Positions 1 to 10,215 of a stretch of DNA of 64,000 bases are shown here, piece by piece. Below the pieces are notes generated by a model. The model had not been told where the DNA came from and did not search any database. It saw only the letters and a program-made list of their open reading frames with translations. The position numbers were made by a program, and so were the translations under genes. The DNA comes from Candidatus Falkowbacteria bacterium (GTDB taxonomy: Bacteria > Patescibacteriota > Patescibacteriia > JAACEG01). The stretch covers positions 3,894 through 67,893 of the forward strand of contig JABIDK010000019.1 in NCBI GenBank assembly GCA_018651725.1, read 5' to 3'. Position 1 is the first letter of the stretch, and each line of letters starts with the position of its first letter.

Positions 1-518
1 CTTTCCGTTGGACCGATTTGTTTATAAACAAATGTTCCGTCTGCTTCAATTATAAGCTTTAACATATCCCCTTCAACCAGCATTGATTTAGATGCATAAT
101 TTGAAGGGATGCTATAACGCTTTCCGTCCGGACCAATCATTTCTTCACCAGTAAAGACTCCTTCAATCTCTTTTTGTCCTTCTTTGCTTTCAGACTGCTT
201 TAACTCGCGGGACTGCTTTAAGGAAATACCTTCTTCTTTTTTTGGTAAAGGGATATCTCCTCCATCCAAATAACTTAAAAGCTGAGTAACTTGAGTTTGA
301 ATCTTTACAAGATTTCTTTTAAGATAATTTATCTTATCGCTTTCGTCATCCTTTTCTTCGTCGTCATCAACAATATCTTGTTCTTTTTCATTATCAGACT
401 CGCTATTATCTTGGTCTTTTACTTTTTTGATTAATTGATCTTCCTCGATCTTTAAGTCTTCTTCTAACTCAAGATTAAGATCTTGATCGTCGCTAAAATT
501 TTGTTTTTGTTTTTGCAT
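1..518 (-). CDS. Hypothetical protein, 3'-truncated by the window edge. The N-terminus is acidic low-complexity; the C-terminal part reads ...MIGPDGKRYSIPSNYASKSMLVEGDMLKLIIEADGTFVYKQIGP.
   Basis: ATG at 518..516 on the minus strand. The frame stays open, with no stop, to position 1, so it is missing from the ORF track. No recognisable family. Confidence 0.4.
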   Translation of the reverse strand, partial: MQKQKQNFSDDQDLNLELEEDLKIEEDQLIKKVKDQDNSESDNEKEQDIVDDDEEKDDESDKINYLKRNLVKIQTQVTQLLSYLDGGDIPLPKKEEGISLKQSRELKQSESKEGQKEIEGVFTGEEMIGPDGKRYSIPSNYASKSMLVEGDMLKLIIEADGTFVYKQIGPTE

Positions 519-571
519 AAAAATAATGTTCAAATATTTATATTACATGTTATGTATTATATATTATATGA

Positions 572-1948
572 TTAAAGGTAATCCTTTAACTTATCGATTC
601 CATCTATATCTTCTATTTTTTCCAAAGACTTAGCTTCGATTTGTCTAATTCGTTCTCTGGTTACTCCAAATTCCTGTCCAACCTCTTCCAGGGTATGTGT
701 TACACCATCGGTAAGACCAAAACGCATTTCTAAAATTTTTTGTTCTCGTGGAGATAACTCTCGAATTACATCGTAAACATAAGATTTTAAAAGTTGCAAA
801 CCCGCTGATCTGTCTGGGGCTACTGTTTTCTCGTCTTCTATAAAACTTTCCAAAGTACTTTCTTCATCGTCATCTCCAACAGAAGTTTCCAATGAAATTG
901 TTTCTTGCGATATCTTCATAATCTGTCTCACCTTATCCAAATCTTCTCCTATTTCAGCGGCCATCTCTTCCGGCAATGGTTCTCTTCCCAAGTCTTGCAC
1001 CAACTGTCTCTCTGATTGTTTGAATTTATTAATAGTTTCTACCATATGCACCGGGATTCTGATTGTTCTTGATTGATCCGCTAAGGCTCTTGTAATGGCT
1101 TGGCGAATCCACCAGGTAGCGTAAGTTGAAAATTTATAACCTTTTCGATATTCAAATTTCTGAACCGCTCGAAAAAGTCCGATATTCCCCTCTTGAATTA
1201 AATCAAGAAGAGACAGTTTCCGACCAACAAATTTTTTAGCGATTGATACAACCAGTCTTAAATTAGCTTCAAGTAACTTTTTTTCGGATGCTTTGTCCCC
1301 TTTGTCTTTTCCTTTTGCTAAAACGACTTCTTCTTCTCGATTAAGTAATGGGACTTTTCCAATCTCACGAAGATACATTTGAATAGAGTCAAATGCGATC
1401 ATTCCTAAATCAAACTTTTTTGCGTTTGAGCCTGCCCCAACACTTAAAAGAATTTTGTCTTTTTCTTCTTTATTACGCAACATTCCGCCGGATGAATCAA
1501 CGATTTTTACACTATCTTTTTCAAGTCGATCTAAAAAATCTTCGAGCAAGTCTAAATAATGCTCCATAAAAGGAAACGAATGGAATATCTCTTGCTCAGT
1601 AATAAACCCTCTGTTGCGGACCTTGTAAAATAAAGTATCCATCTCTTCTGCGTTCGGCTTTTTTATTTCCGGTTTTTCAACAGGTTTTTTAACAACAGCT
1701 TTCTTAACAACAACTTTCTTTTTTGTTTTTGGTTGAACTTTTTTTATTACCTTCTTTTTAGCTTTTGGCTGAACTTTTTTTACTACCTTCTTTTTAACGA
1801 TTGTTTTTTTCAACACAACCTTTTTGGCAATAGGTTTTACTTTTTTAATAGTCTTTTTTTTAGTTGCTTGTTTTTTTACTTTTTGTTTTTTCCCGCCTGT
1901 AACGCTAGGTGTAGCATTTCGGGCAGGTGTTTTTATTTTTTTAACCAT
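572..1948 (-). CDS. rpoD: RNA polymerase sigma-70 factor RpoD with a long lysine-rich N-terminal extension
   Basis: Region 2 motifs ([25 protein letters not shown]) and a region 4 HTH ([19 protein letters not shown]). It lies downstream of dnaG in the classic dnaG-rpoD operon. The N-terminal ~100 aa are KKVxKK repeats. Confidence 0.92.
   Translation of the reverse strand: MVKKIKTPARNATPSVTGGKKQKVKKQATKKKTIKKVKPIAKKVVLKKTIVKKKVVKKVQPKAKKKVIKKVQPKTKKKVVVKKAVVKKPVEKPEIKKPNAEEMDTLFYKVRNRGFITEQEIFHSFPFMEHYLDLLEDFLDRLEKDSVKIVDSSGGMLRNKEEKDKILLSVGAGSNAKKFDLGMIAFDSIQMYLREIGKVPLLNREEEVVLAKGKDKGDKASEKKLLEANLRLVVSIAKKFVGRKLSLLDLIQEGNIGLFRAVQKFEYRKGYKFSTYATWWIRQAITRALADQSRTIRIPVHMVETINKFKQSERQLVQDLGREPLPEEMAAEIGEDLDKVRQIMKISQETISLETSVGDDDEESTLESFIEDEKTVAPDRSAGLQLLKSYVYDVIRELSPREQKILEMRFGLTDGVTHTLEEVGQEFGVTRERIRQIEAKSLEKIEDIDGIDKLKDYL
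1731..1802. repeat. Imperfect 36-bp tandem duplication (2 units) inside the rpoD 5' region, encoding a repeated [11 protein letters not shown](A/T) peptide
   Basis: ggttgaactttttttattaccttctttttagctttt is followed by ggctgaactttttttactaccttctttttaacgatt. Confidence 0.7.
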
Positions 1949-1955
1949 AACACTT

Positions 1956-1991
1956 GTTTAAATGTTTAGATGCTTAGATGTTTAAATGTTA
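1956..1991. promoter_or_regulatory. Four tandem 8-mers, GTTTAAAT GTTTAGAT GCTTAGAT GTTTAAAT, ending 7 nt upstream of the rpoD start and overlapping the dnaG stop. A near-identical array lies at 17958..17990 upstream of ybaB.
   Basis: Direct reading of the sequence. The same GTTTARAT periodic array occurs at two loci, each 7-8 nt from a start codon. Confidence 0.4.
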
Positions 1992-3785
1992 TTAAAGTTC
2001 CATTAATTTTTTATCAAGTTCAGACACTCGAAGAAGTAATTCATCTGTTATTTTATCTTCTCCGGTCTTTTCACTTTCTTGCAGCTCTTTTTCCAGTATT
2101 TTTTTTTGCTTTAAAATATATTCTTTTTTAAGATCTGTTAAGTTCTCGGTAATTTGTTGCTTAATTTCTTTTTCTGAAAAATCAAAAAAATCTTTTTCAA
2201 CTAAAAGTAAAAGAGTTTGGCAAAGATTAAATAACTGCTCGTTACTTTCTTTAAAATGACCTAAAAACAAATTAAAGTCAAAACTGCCTTGGCTATTCTT
2301 ATAAAAATTAATAAGTTCCTGATAAATCTTTACAAGCTCCTTGTTTGGCAAAACCTCCAAATGCAACTGTGCTTCAAAATAATCCAAATTTTTTGGGTAT
2401 TTTAAAAGCAAACCAATGAGCTGTTCCCCCATTTGGCTTACTCGGTCTTTCTTCTCGGTTGATGCGTTTTTTAATCTTTGGCTGACTTTCTTATCTGGAA
2501 TTTTATTATAACTTTTCTTTTTACTTTTTTCAATAGACTCTCGTAAAATATTTTCTGAAACATCCAATATTTCAGATAACTTTTTTAAATAATGATTTTG
2601 CTCTATTAAGTTAGGAATTTTTCCAATAACCGGTAGTAAAATTTTAGCGCTACTTTTCTTGTCTTCAATTTTACTTGGATCAAGCTTTTTAAATGTTTGA
2701 ACAAAATAATAGTTCAAAATTGACTGAGCGTTTTTTACAGCATTTTTCCATTTGTTAATATCACTTTTAATAAGCTCGTCCGGATCTTTATCTTCCTCCA
2801 GATCAATTATTTTAATATTCATTCCTTCTGCCAGCGCAATATCAATACCTCTTTTTACGGCATTTTGCCCGGCTACATCAGAGTCAAACGCTAAAAGCAA
2901 ATTATCGCTGTATCTTTTTAAAATTTTTACCTGTTCCAAGGTTAAGGCTGTCCCGGATGTTGCCACTGCATTTTTATCTCCGGCTTCATGAACAGAAATT
3001 AAATCCATCTGCCCCTCTACCAGTATAATCGCATTGTTTTTTCGAGACGCTTGCTTAGCCTTGTCTAGTCCGTAAAGAACTTCACTTTTATTATAAACAT
3101 CTGTTTGCGGGCTGTTAATATATTTAGCCGTATCTGTCTTTTCGAGCGCACGGGCGCTAAAACCGACTGCTTGACCGTGCAAATTATTTATTGGAAACAT
3201 CAGCCTGTTCCTGAATCGATCGTAATAACTTGCTCCACCTTTTTTCTGAACTATCAATCCGGCATCAAAAATATCTTTTTGCTTATAACCTCTCTTGAGT
3301 AAAAATCTTAATAATGTATCCCAACTGTTCGGAGCAAAGCCAAGTTCAAAATTTTCTATTGATTCAGGGCTTACCTGTCTTTTCCTTAAATAATCGTTGG
3401 CAATTTTTGCCTGAGGAGCGGTCTTTAATAAATGCGCATAAAACTTTTTTGCCAGTTCGTTGATGTCTAATAGTTTATTTTTCAAATTAGCTTGCTTTGG
3501 ATTTTCAGGAACAAGCTCCACGCCCGCTCTTTTTGCAAGCATCTTCAAAGCCTCTTTAAAATCAAGTCCTTCTATCTTCATTATAAAACTAAAAACATCT
3601 CCACCTTCGGAACATCCAAAACAGTGCCAAAACCCACGATCTTGACTTACGGAAAAAGAAGGGGTCTTTTCGTTATGAAAAGGACAAAGCCCCTTAAAAT
3701 TATGTCCAGCCTGCTCTAACTTAACATACTCCTTAATCACCTCTACAATATCCAATTTAGATTTTATTTCATCCGTATTTGTCAT
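1992..3785 (-). CDS. dnaG: DNA primase DnaG
   Basis: CHC2 zinc finger (CPFHNEKTPSF...CFGC) and a Toprim domain (ILVEGQMD, DSDVAG). Sits upstream of rpoD. Confidence 0.92.
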   Translation of the reverse strand: MTNTDEIKSKLDIVEVIKEYVKLEQAGHNFKGLCPFHNEKTPSFSVSQDRGFWHCFGCSEGGDVFSFIMKIEGLDFKEALKMLAKRAGVELVPENPKQANLKNKLLDINELAKKFYAHLLKTAPQAKIANDYLRKRQVSPESIENFELGFAPNSWDTLLRFLLKRGYKQKDIFDAGLIVQKKGGASYYDRFRNRLMFPINNLHGQAVGFSARALEKTDTAKYINSPQTDVYNKSEVLYGLDKAKQASRKNNAIILVEGQMDLISVHEAGDKNAVATSGTALTLEQVKILKRYSDNLLLAFDSDVAGQNAVKRGIDIALAEGMNIKIIDLEEDKDPDELIKSDINKWKNAVKNAQSILNYYFVQTFKKLDPSKIEDKKSSAKILLPVIGKIPNLIEQNHYLKKLSEILDVSENILRESIEKSKKKSYNKIPDKKVSQRLKNASTEKKDRVSQMGEQLIGLLLKYPKNLDYFEAQLHLEVLPNKELVKIYQELINFYKNSQGSFDFNLFLGHFKESNEQLFNLCQTLLLLVEKDFFDFSEKEIKQQITENLTDLKKEYILKQKKILEKELQESEKTGEDKITDELLLRVSELDKKLMEL

Positions 3786-3866
3786 AAAATAATTTTATTT
3801 TCAAACAATACAAAAACTATATCTGTAAAGAATTTTATCTTATTATACATTTTATACATTCCAAAA

Positions 3867-5201
3867 TTAATACTGCAATGACTCTTTTTCTGATTTGGCT
3901 TTCTCCGGTTCTCCGAAGACTATTTTTTCTATATTGAAAGTTCCGTATTTTGCGGCTTCAAAATATCCACTGATTGCTGCTTCTGCTAAAACGCCGCCTT
4001 CCAGCCAATCAAAAAGCCACTCGTTTGTGTACTCTGGATTTTCTTGCGGAATTCCAGCACCTATAATTGTCAGCCATTTTTTGTTAAATTTTTCTTGTGA
4101 TCCGATTGGTGGAGCTACAATAATTGGAACTCCTAAACCAACATAAAAGCTAAGTTCGCTTGGTTTGGTCCATAAAATATCTGTCTTGCGAAGAGCAACA
4201 TTAAACTTTTTAAAATAATCTTCTTTGTTGTCTGCAAAAATTATTTTTATTCCCTCTCCCAACTCACTGCCAAGTCCCAGCTTCTTAATATTTTCTTTAA
4301 AAAATTTATTAACATCGTTATGGATTCCAGCTATTAAATTTATTTTAATTTTTTTCTCTTTTATTTTTTCTTTTAAACTTTTTAAAATTGTCACTCCCAA
4401 TTCTCTTTGCGCCCCGGCTCCGCCAACTGCAAACATTAAAGTTAAGTCTCCGCCTTTATGGCACGGAAATTCTTTGCCCAGTTCTTTTATAATATTTTCT
4501 TTATATTTATTAACATGCCTGCGGTTTGGATCTAAATTTACCAAACGTTTGCAAAAATCATCTTTTAAGATATCCAAATTCTCTGTGCCAAGATTTTCTG
4601 TTGGCAATGGAAAACCTGTTAAAAAAATCTTATTCTCTGAGACTCCGTAAAGCTTTAATCTCTCCGCTACTCTTGTATTTGGAACCAAATATTTAATTTT
4701 ACTTAAATTAGGATTAATCGGTGCCCAAGCTCGACTGATATCGGCATCGCACACTAAAAGATAAATATCTTGATTAAACCCGTGAAGCTCTGCCATATAG
4801 GCCGGAATAAAAAAACTTGTAATAAGCGGGATATTTTCTTGCTTTAGTTTTTCTATAAAATGTTTGCCCCAACCTTTTTTAATTAAAGAAATAGAACTTA
4901 AAAGCTGTAAATTTTTCCCGGACAAATCTCTTCTGGGATAAAATTTTGGGATAGCCTGAAACTTATCAAAAAGATCAAAGGCGAACTTCCCCACCAAAGG
5001 AACATTTTTAAAACGAGAAATAAAATTATAAAATTTCTGGCTCTGTTGCCAAATTTTTGTGTCTTCTTTTGGGATGCCTTCGTATTTATTAGCATTAATT
5101 ACTGTCCCTCCAAAGGCAATATCATTAAGAGGATAGGCCGCCCGCTGATGACCATACCCCATATCAACAGCAACCACCCAAGCTTTTTTATTTTCACTCA
5201 T
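3867..5201 (-). CDS. GT-B glycosyltransferase, MGDG-synthase/UgtP-like (GT28 family)
   Basis: The N-terminal VDMGYGHQRAA matches the G-x-GH motif of MGDG_synth/UgtP N-domains. The C-terminal GGAGAQ...GVPIIV is a MurG-like C-domain. Confidence 0.5.
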   Translation of the reverse strand: MSENKKAWVVAVDMGYGHQRAAYPLNDIAFGGTVINANKYEGIPKEDTKIWQQSQKFYNFISRFKNVPLVGKFAFDLFDKFQAIPKFYPRRDLSGKNLQLLSSISLIKKGWGKHFIEKLKQENIPLITSFFIPAYMAELHGFNQDIYLLVCDADISRAWAPINPNLSKIKYLVPNTRVAERLKLYGVSENKIFLTGFPLPTENLGTENLDILKDDFCKRLVNLDPNRRHVNKYKENIIKELGKEFPCHKGGDLTLMFAVGGAGAQRELGVTILKSLKEKIKEKKIKINLIAGIHNDVNKFFKENIKKLGLGSELGEGIKIIFADNKEDYFKKFNVALRKTDILWTKPSELSFYVGLGVPIIVAPPIGSQEKFNKKWLTIIGAGIPQENPEYTNEWLFDWLEGGVLAEAAISGYFEAAKYGTFNIEKIVFGEPEKAKSEKESLQY

Positions 5202-5284
5202 ATAGTTAATAAAAATTTAATTAGTACATTACCAGCTTACCACATCCCCCACGAATTGCAATTTTTAAAATTTTAAAACTAAAG

Positions 5285-6286
5285 CTAATCAATAAACTTT
5301 AAAAAATATTGCTTTGGCACAGATTCTTGCTTCACAATTTTAGCCCACTTAGAATCAACTTCTGATAATCGTTTTAACTTTTTGTCTTCTTTAAACAAAG
5401 GATCAACCACTCTAGATTTGCAAAAAACACTAGTGTCATAATCATTTGGATTATTTATAATCTTAGTCCTATTATTCATTCGGCTAAAAAGTAATTTTAA
5501 TTTTTTGTCGTTATCTAAAAACTTTTGAATTTTATTTATAACCAATTTATCAGTTGTATAGAGATCTCTTTCTGAAATATAGTTTTTTTGTAATGCGTAT
5601 CGTAAATAATCGCCTACTGTCCTAAACATAATCGCCGATGTCAAACTAGCATAATAATCAGTGTTAAGCTTTAAGAATAATTTTGCATACTTATCAGCAC
5701 TTTCGAAGCTCTTAAAAACCCAATCATTATTTTCTACTGTTAAGTTATCTAAAATATATATTTTATCTTTGTCATTAAGCTCGCCAAAAATAACTGCTGT
5801 TTTTAACGAATAATCAATCCGATCAGCGCATAAATCAGGTAGGTTATTTTCCTGAAGCGGAAAATGACTGTCATCAATGATATAATTAAAATCAATCCCA
5901 TATTTTTTTAATATTTGTGGGACCTCTGTTTTTCTAACAAAATCCTCAGAAACATTGTCTTGATGGTTATGTTCTTTTTCAGAACCAACCTCCAACACAT
6001 AATCAATACAATGTGAAAAGGCTGAATGAGAAACATCGTGAATTAAACCGGCAATCTGCTCTTCAAGTGATGCACCGTATTTACGCAACAATAAATAAAC
6101 GCCTACGGAATGAGCAAAACGACTATGATCGTACTTACCAGTCTCAACATCGGGCTTAACCCAAAGAGGCCTATAACCGGCTTGATCTATTTCTTTTAAT
6201 CTTTGAAGAGACTTTGATTTTATAAGTTCTAAAATAACCGGCTCATCAATCTCAAATTCTCCATAGACTCTATCTATATATTTCAT
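5285..6286 (-). CDS. HD-domain phosphohydrolase, COG1078/SAMHD1-OxsA-like putative dNTP triphosphohydrolase
   Basis: LQRLKEIDQAG...HSRFAHSVGVYLL and GLIHDVSHSAFSH give the H...HD metal-binding motifs. Confidence 0.7.
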   Translation of the reverse strand: MKYIDRVYGEFEIDEPVILELIKSKSLQRLKEIDQAGYRPLWVKPDVETGKYDHSRFAHSVGVYLLLRKYGASLEEQIAGLIHDVSHSAFSHCIDYVLEVGSEKEHNHQDNVSEDFVRKTEVPQILKKYGIDFNYIIDDSHFPLQENNLPDLCADRIDYSLKTAVIFGELNDKDKIYILDNLTVENNDWVFKSFESADKYAKLFLKLNTDYYASLTSAIMFRTVGDYLRYALQKNYISERDLYTTDKLVINKIQKFLDNDKKLKLLFSRMNNRTKIINNPNDYDTSVFCKSRVVDPLFKEDKKLKRLSEVDSKWAKIVKQESVPKQYFLKFID

Positions 6287-6297
6287 ATTGATTTATT

Positions 6298-7203
6298 TTA
6301 CCTCTGACATTTAATACAAAAATGTGTGCCTCTGCCAGCGACTTTTATTTTTTGAATTTTTTCATTGCATTGCTTGCATTTTTTGTTTTGCTGACCGTAA
6401 ACTTTTAATTTTTGTTTAAAATTACCTTTTTGCCCTTCACAGTCAACAAAATCACTAAAGGTTGTGCCATTATATTTTATAGCTAATCTAATAATTCTTT
6501 TTATGGACGTAAATAATAGTTTTTGCTCTTGCCCTGTTAAAGAATTTACTAAACGCTGCGGATGAATCTTTGCGGAAAATAACGCCTCATCAACATAGAT
6601 ATTTCCCAGTCCGGAGATAATAGCCTGATTTAAAAGCGTGGCTTTAATATTTGCCCTACGAACACCCAAGGCTTTTTTAAAATTTACAAAGGTAAAATTA
6701 GGCTGTTCAGGCTCAATGCCGTACTTACTTTTTATATCTTGTAACTCATCATCAGAAACTATTTTCAAATAACCAAACTGTCGCAAATCATTAAAAAATA
6801 AACTTGATCCGTCCTGAAATTTAAAGATAATATGAGTATATTTTCCCGGCTGACAAAAATTTTCTCTATCTTTTTTTATAAATTGCACTTCTTCCTCTGA
6901 CGAATTAACATGCCCGCCAACTACAAATTTTTCCGGATCACAATACACTAACTGCCCGGTCATCTTAAGATGAATCAATAAATATTGTTTTTCAGATTGA
7001 TCGCTCTTCTTTAAAACAAAAATCAATAACTTTCCGATTCTGTCTATCTTAACAAAAGAATTCCCAATCAAAACTTTGCGAAAAAATGACTGAGAATTTT
7101 TCACTAAATTTCTTTTTTTAATACTAATCTTATTAATTTTTTTGGAAACAACCTCTCTACTCAACCCCCTACAAATAGTCTCCACCTCCGGCAGTTCAGG
7201 CAT
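6298..7203 (-). CDS. mutM: Formamidopyrimidine-DNA glycosylase (Fpg/MutM, Fpg/Nei family)
   Basis: N-terminal MPELPEVE catalytic Pro2/Glu3. C-terminal zinc finger CKQC...CIKC. Confidence 0.85.
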   Translation of the reverse strand: MPELPEVETICRGLSREVVSKKINKISIKKRNLVKNSQSFFRKVLIGNSFVKIDRIGKLLIFVLKKSDQSEKQYLLIHLKMTGQLVYCDPEKFVVGGHVNSSEEEVQFIKKDRENFCQPGKYTHIIFKFQDGSSLFFNDLRQFGYLKIVSDDELQDIKSKYGIEPEQPNFTFVNFKKALGVRRANIKATLLNQAIISGLGNIYVDEALFSAKIHPQRLVNSLTGQEQKLLFTSIKRIIRLAIKYNGTTFSDFVDCEGQKGNFKQKLKVYGQQNKKCKQCNEKIQKIKVAGRGTHFCIKCQR

Positions 7204-7207
7204 ATAG

Positions 7208-7507
7208 TTAAAACCCCGGATGAAAGTTTTTTTGAAAATCTAGATAGATATAATAATAAATTAAAACAAACGGAATCACAAAGCCAAAAAAAATAAAATA
7301 CAATTTTTCAGCCTTAGATACAAATTTAGATAACTTGTAGGGAATGATAAATAAAAATGGGGCGACAAATATGGAGTACATCCCTAAATACCAAACCCAT
7401 GACGAAGTATTACCCCCGCTACTAAGAAAAACTGCCACAACAAAAGGCAAAAGAACAAAAACCAATAAGTAAATACCTAACCATAAATAATTTTGTTTGT
7501 TTTTCAT
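7208..7507 (-). CDS. Small integral membrane protein (3 predicted TM helices), hypothetical
   Basis: The hydrophobic ORF is tightly packed between flanking genes. Confidence 0.4.
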   Translation of the reverse strand: MKNKQNYLWLGIYLLVFVLLPFVVAVFLSSGGNTSSWVWYLGMYSIFVAPFLFIIPYKLSKFVSKAEKLYFIFFGFVIPFVLIYYYIYLDFQKNFHPGF

Positions 7508-7520
7508 ATTTTTAATTTAG

Positions 7521-10190
7521 TTAATAAATTATTAAATCTTGACCTTGTAATATCTCTATATCTGCTTTGATTATACCATACCCACCATCGGTAATCCAAT
7601 GCCTTCTATGATAAAAATTTAAAGTTTTTAGCAAACTCTTGAATTTACGATCAATAATTTTTGTATAAACCTTTGTTAAATAATTATTAGTTCTATCAAA
7701 ATTAGCTTGAGCTCTTTCTTCGCATTTTTCTTGATGTTTTCGTTTTTTACAAGACTCTAATTTTTTTTCAAATCTTTTCTTATTTTTTTCAAGTCTTTTG
7801 TTATATTTTCCAACAGTTTTGTTAATTTGATTTAATTTTCTTATTAAACTGTTTTTTACAAATTTCTTTTTTATATCTCCTGTATCATGCAAGTTTTCAA
7901 TATTTAAGATCATTGATTGAATAGTAGTTTGTTTTTTTATTTTTATTATTTCTTGATTGTCTTCTTCTCTGTTTCCGGCTTTATCGGTTGAGCTGTATTT
8001 TAAATTATAAACAATTTCAGTACTTGTTGTGGGGGCTTTAAGAATAATTGGATCATTATAAATTTCCCAAGTTTCTCCGTTGTCTAAGCTGTATTCTGTT
8101 TTTAAGATTCCAGAGCCGTTTTCGTTGTCTTCGGCTATTAACTCAACCGTAACATCGTTAGTGTAATAATCATTTTCTTTTTCGCCTGTAATATTTATTG
8201 TTGTGCCTGGTTTTATAAAGTCGTCTTGCTGACCTTCGTCTAGCACAGAGCTTGGGTTTATTGAATTCTCAAATATATCATCGCCATCTTTATCTATTCG
8301 CAAAGTAATCTGCTCGTAGTCTTGTATTTCATCTTCCAACTCCATTTGAACTTTAGTGTTTATTGAATTTAATGGAACTTCATTAAAATAAGCTGTTTTT
8401 ACATATTCACTATTTTGGATTTTTTGGACTCTCATATTAAATGATCCTGTATTTGTGGCGTTGCCTTTTATTGTGTAGCTTTGTCCTTCGGGAAGAAAAG
8501 CGAATTTATTGTCGCCCAGTATATCATATACTACTCCCGGAATATTATTTTCCAAGTCTCCGTTTTCCAGTGGTCCGACGTGGTTACCAAAACTATCGTA
8601 GATGTGAAGATCTATTGGTGAGTGAAAACTAATTTGTTTTCCGCTAAAGGTGCAGAAGTTATTATCCTTGTCTGCACTTAAATTTTCATAGTTTTGGATA
8701 TTGAAATTATCAATGTTATTTTCATCTTCTAAAAGATGAACAACAAGTTGCCTTATTCCATTAACACTTGGGATATAAGCGTGTTCATGGCTATTAACGT
8801 AAACTTTTGGAGCCTCAAAACCTTCGGCACTACGGAGTGGTACTGTGCCGTCTCCGGAAATGTATCTTAATGAATATTCGTTGTTCCCTGATTTTTCTTT
8901 GTTTAGGATATAGACCCTGCCAATGGTTGGTTTGGAGCAACCTATAATATTTACTGAGTTTGAAAAAGAATAATCATCAATTGAGTTGTGGAACTCGTCA
9001 ATTTTATTTAAAATAATATTATTTCTATCTGTATTTTTCATAAACTCTAAAGATTGATCGTAATCAAGCCCATGTGTTACGCCATTATTATCCATATCAT
9101 AAATATCACTGATATAGCTTTTATAATTCTTATCTTCTTCGTCAAAATATTTTCTACTTGGAAGAAGTTGGTAAACTGCCGGCATATTTTGGGAGATGTC
9201 TTTAGCGGTATTTTGATTAAATTCAAGCCATAAAAAGTTAAAACCCATATCATCGCCAAACATTAAAGCCTTAAAAGCCTTTGGTGCGCCAAAATGCGGA
9301 GTGGCGATATCAATAAACCTATCAACCGAATCTTCACCATATTCTGTTAAATATTTTTTAACCAATAGTCCGCCCATACTGTGAGCAATGATGTCAACTT
9401 TTTCAGAGTTAGTGAAACTTTTTACTTTATCAATTTTATCTTTTAAATTCGCAATCTCGCCCTCTTCTTCCGGAACATTCCCAGCGGTCCAAGCAATATC
9501 AAGTCGCCAGTCATAGGGAAAAACAAAAAGATTTTTGTTTTCTTCGTAGCCTTTAATTTTTAGCTCTTCGATTAAACCATATAAAAAATCTTGATTTACT
9601 ATTTCACGAAAAACATCAGTTGGTCCAAGCTTATTGTCAACATATGGAACACCGTCCGGGGCCATATCTAAGATGTAAAAAGGTAAATCTTCGCCTGGCA
9701 AAGACATTCTATCCAAATTAGGCCAAACCTCTTTGTTAATTTCCGTGTTCTCCAAATAACTTGCCATAATTCCGGGAACTAAGATAACTGGTTCAAGTTC
9801 TTGTTTAGCTTCCATCGCAAAATTTACTTCAACATCAGAATACAACGGCAAATCAACTTGCTCAACTCTATTCTCTTCATATCCGTCTACATTAACGATA
9901 AGGTCTCCTATGTCGGGTGGAAAAGAAAATTGAAAAGAATAATTTCCAAATTCATCTGTAACAGTATTAGTTATATCTTCATTCCAAAAAGGTGGTGGTG
10001 GAAGTAACCCCCAATCCGCCTCAAACCTAACTTCAGCCCCTTGAATAACTTGACCGGTATCACCATCTTTCACTTGACCAAAGATATTAACATACGGAAT
10101 AAAAAAATCTCCGAGGGCAACGTTTGGCAAAATTAAATTAAGCAACATCAAAACCAACAAAATCCCTCCAAAGAATTTCCTGTTCAACAT
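7521..10190 (-). CDS. Secreted alpha/beta-hydrolase (LCAT/PGAP1-like lipase-esterase) with a C-terminal K/R-rich coiled-coil
   Basis: Signal peptide MLNRKFFGGILLVLMLLNLILPNVALG and a GxSxG nucleophile elbow (IIAHSMGGLL). The C-terminal 150 aa are a charged coiled-coil. Confidence 0.6.
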   Translation of the reverse strand: MLNRKFFGGILLVLMLLNLILPNVALGDFFIPYVNIFGQVKDGDTGQVIQGAEVRFEADWGLLPPPPFWNEDITNTVTDEFGNYSFQFSFPPDIGDLIVNVDGYEENRVEQVDLPLYSDVEVNFAMEAKQELEPVILVPGIMASYLENTEINKEVWPNLDRMSLPGEDLPFYILDMAPDGVPYVDNKLGPTDVFREIVNQDFLYGLIEELKIKGYEENKNLFVFPYDWRLDIAWTAGNVPEEEGEIANLKDKIDKVKSFTNSEKVDIIAHSMGGLLVKKYLTEYGEDSVDRFIDIATPHFGAPKAFKALMFGDDMGFNFLWLEFNQNTAKDISQNMPAVYQLLPSRKYFDEEDKNYKSYISDIYDMDNNGVTHGLDYDQSLEFMKNTDRNNIILNKIDEFHNSIDDYSFSNSVNIIGCSKPTIGRVYILNKEKSGNNEYSLRYISGDGTVPLRSAEGFEAPKVYVNSHEHAYIPSVNGIRQLVVHLLEDENNIDNFNIQNYENLSADKDNNFCTFSGKQISFHSPIDLHIYDSFGNHVGPLENGDLENNIPGVVYDILGDNKFAFLPEGQSYTIKGNATNTGSFNMRVQKIQNSEYVKTAYFNEVPLNSINTKVQMELEDEIQDYEQITLRIDKDGDDIFENSINPSSVLDEGQQDDFIKPGTTINITGEKENDYYTNDVTVELIAEDNENGSGILKTEYSLDNGETWEIYNDPIILKAPTTSTEIVYNLKYSSTDKAGNREEDNQEIIKIKKQTTIQSMILNIENLHDTGDIKKKFVKNSLIRKLNQINKTVGKYNKRLEKNKKRFEKKLESCKKRKHQEKCEERAQANFDRTNNYLTKVYTKIIDRKFKSLLKTLNFYHRRHWITDGGYGIIKADIEILQGQDLIIY

Positions 10191-10215
10191 AGTTTTAGTT
10201 TTTTGAATTATTAGA

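Noticed and set aside
1733-1969. 78-aa plus-strand F/L-rich ORF
   Set aside because: It is antisense to the lysine-codon-rich (AAR) 5' end of rpoD. The F-rich translation is an artefact of TTY runs.
1956-1991. CRISPR-like interpretation of the short tandem repeats (8-mer arrays, (GGN)12, 36-bp rpoD repeat)
   Set aside because: The repeat units are far too short and lack unique spacers. Two are within coding sequence. No cas genes are present.
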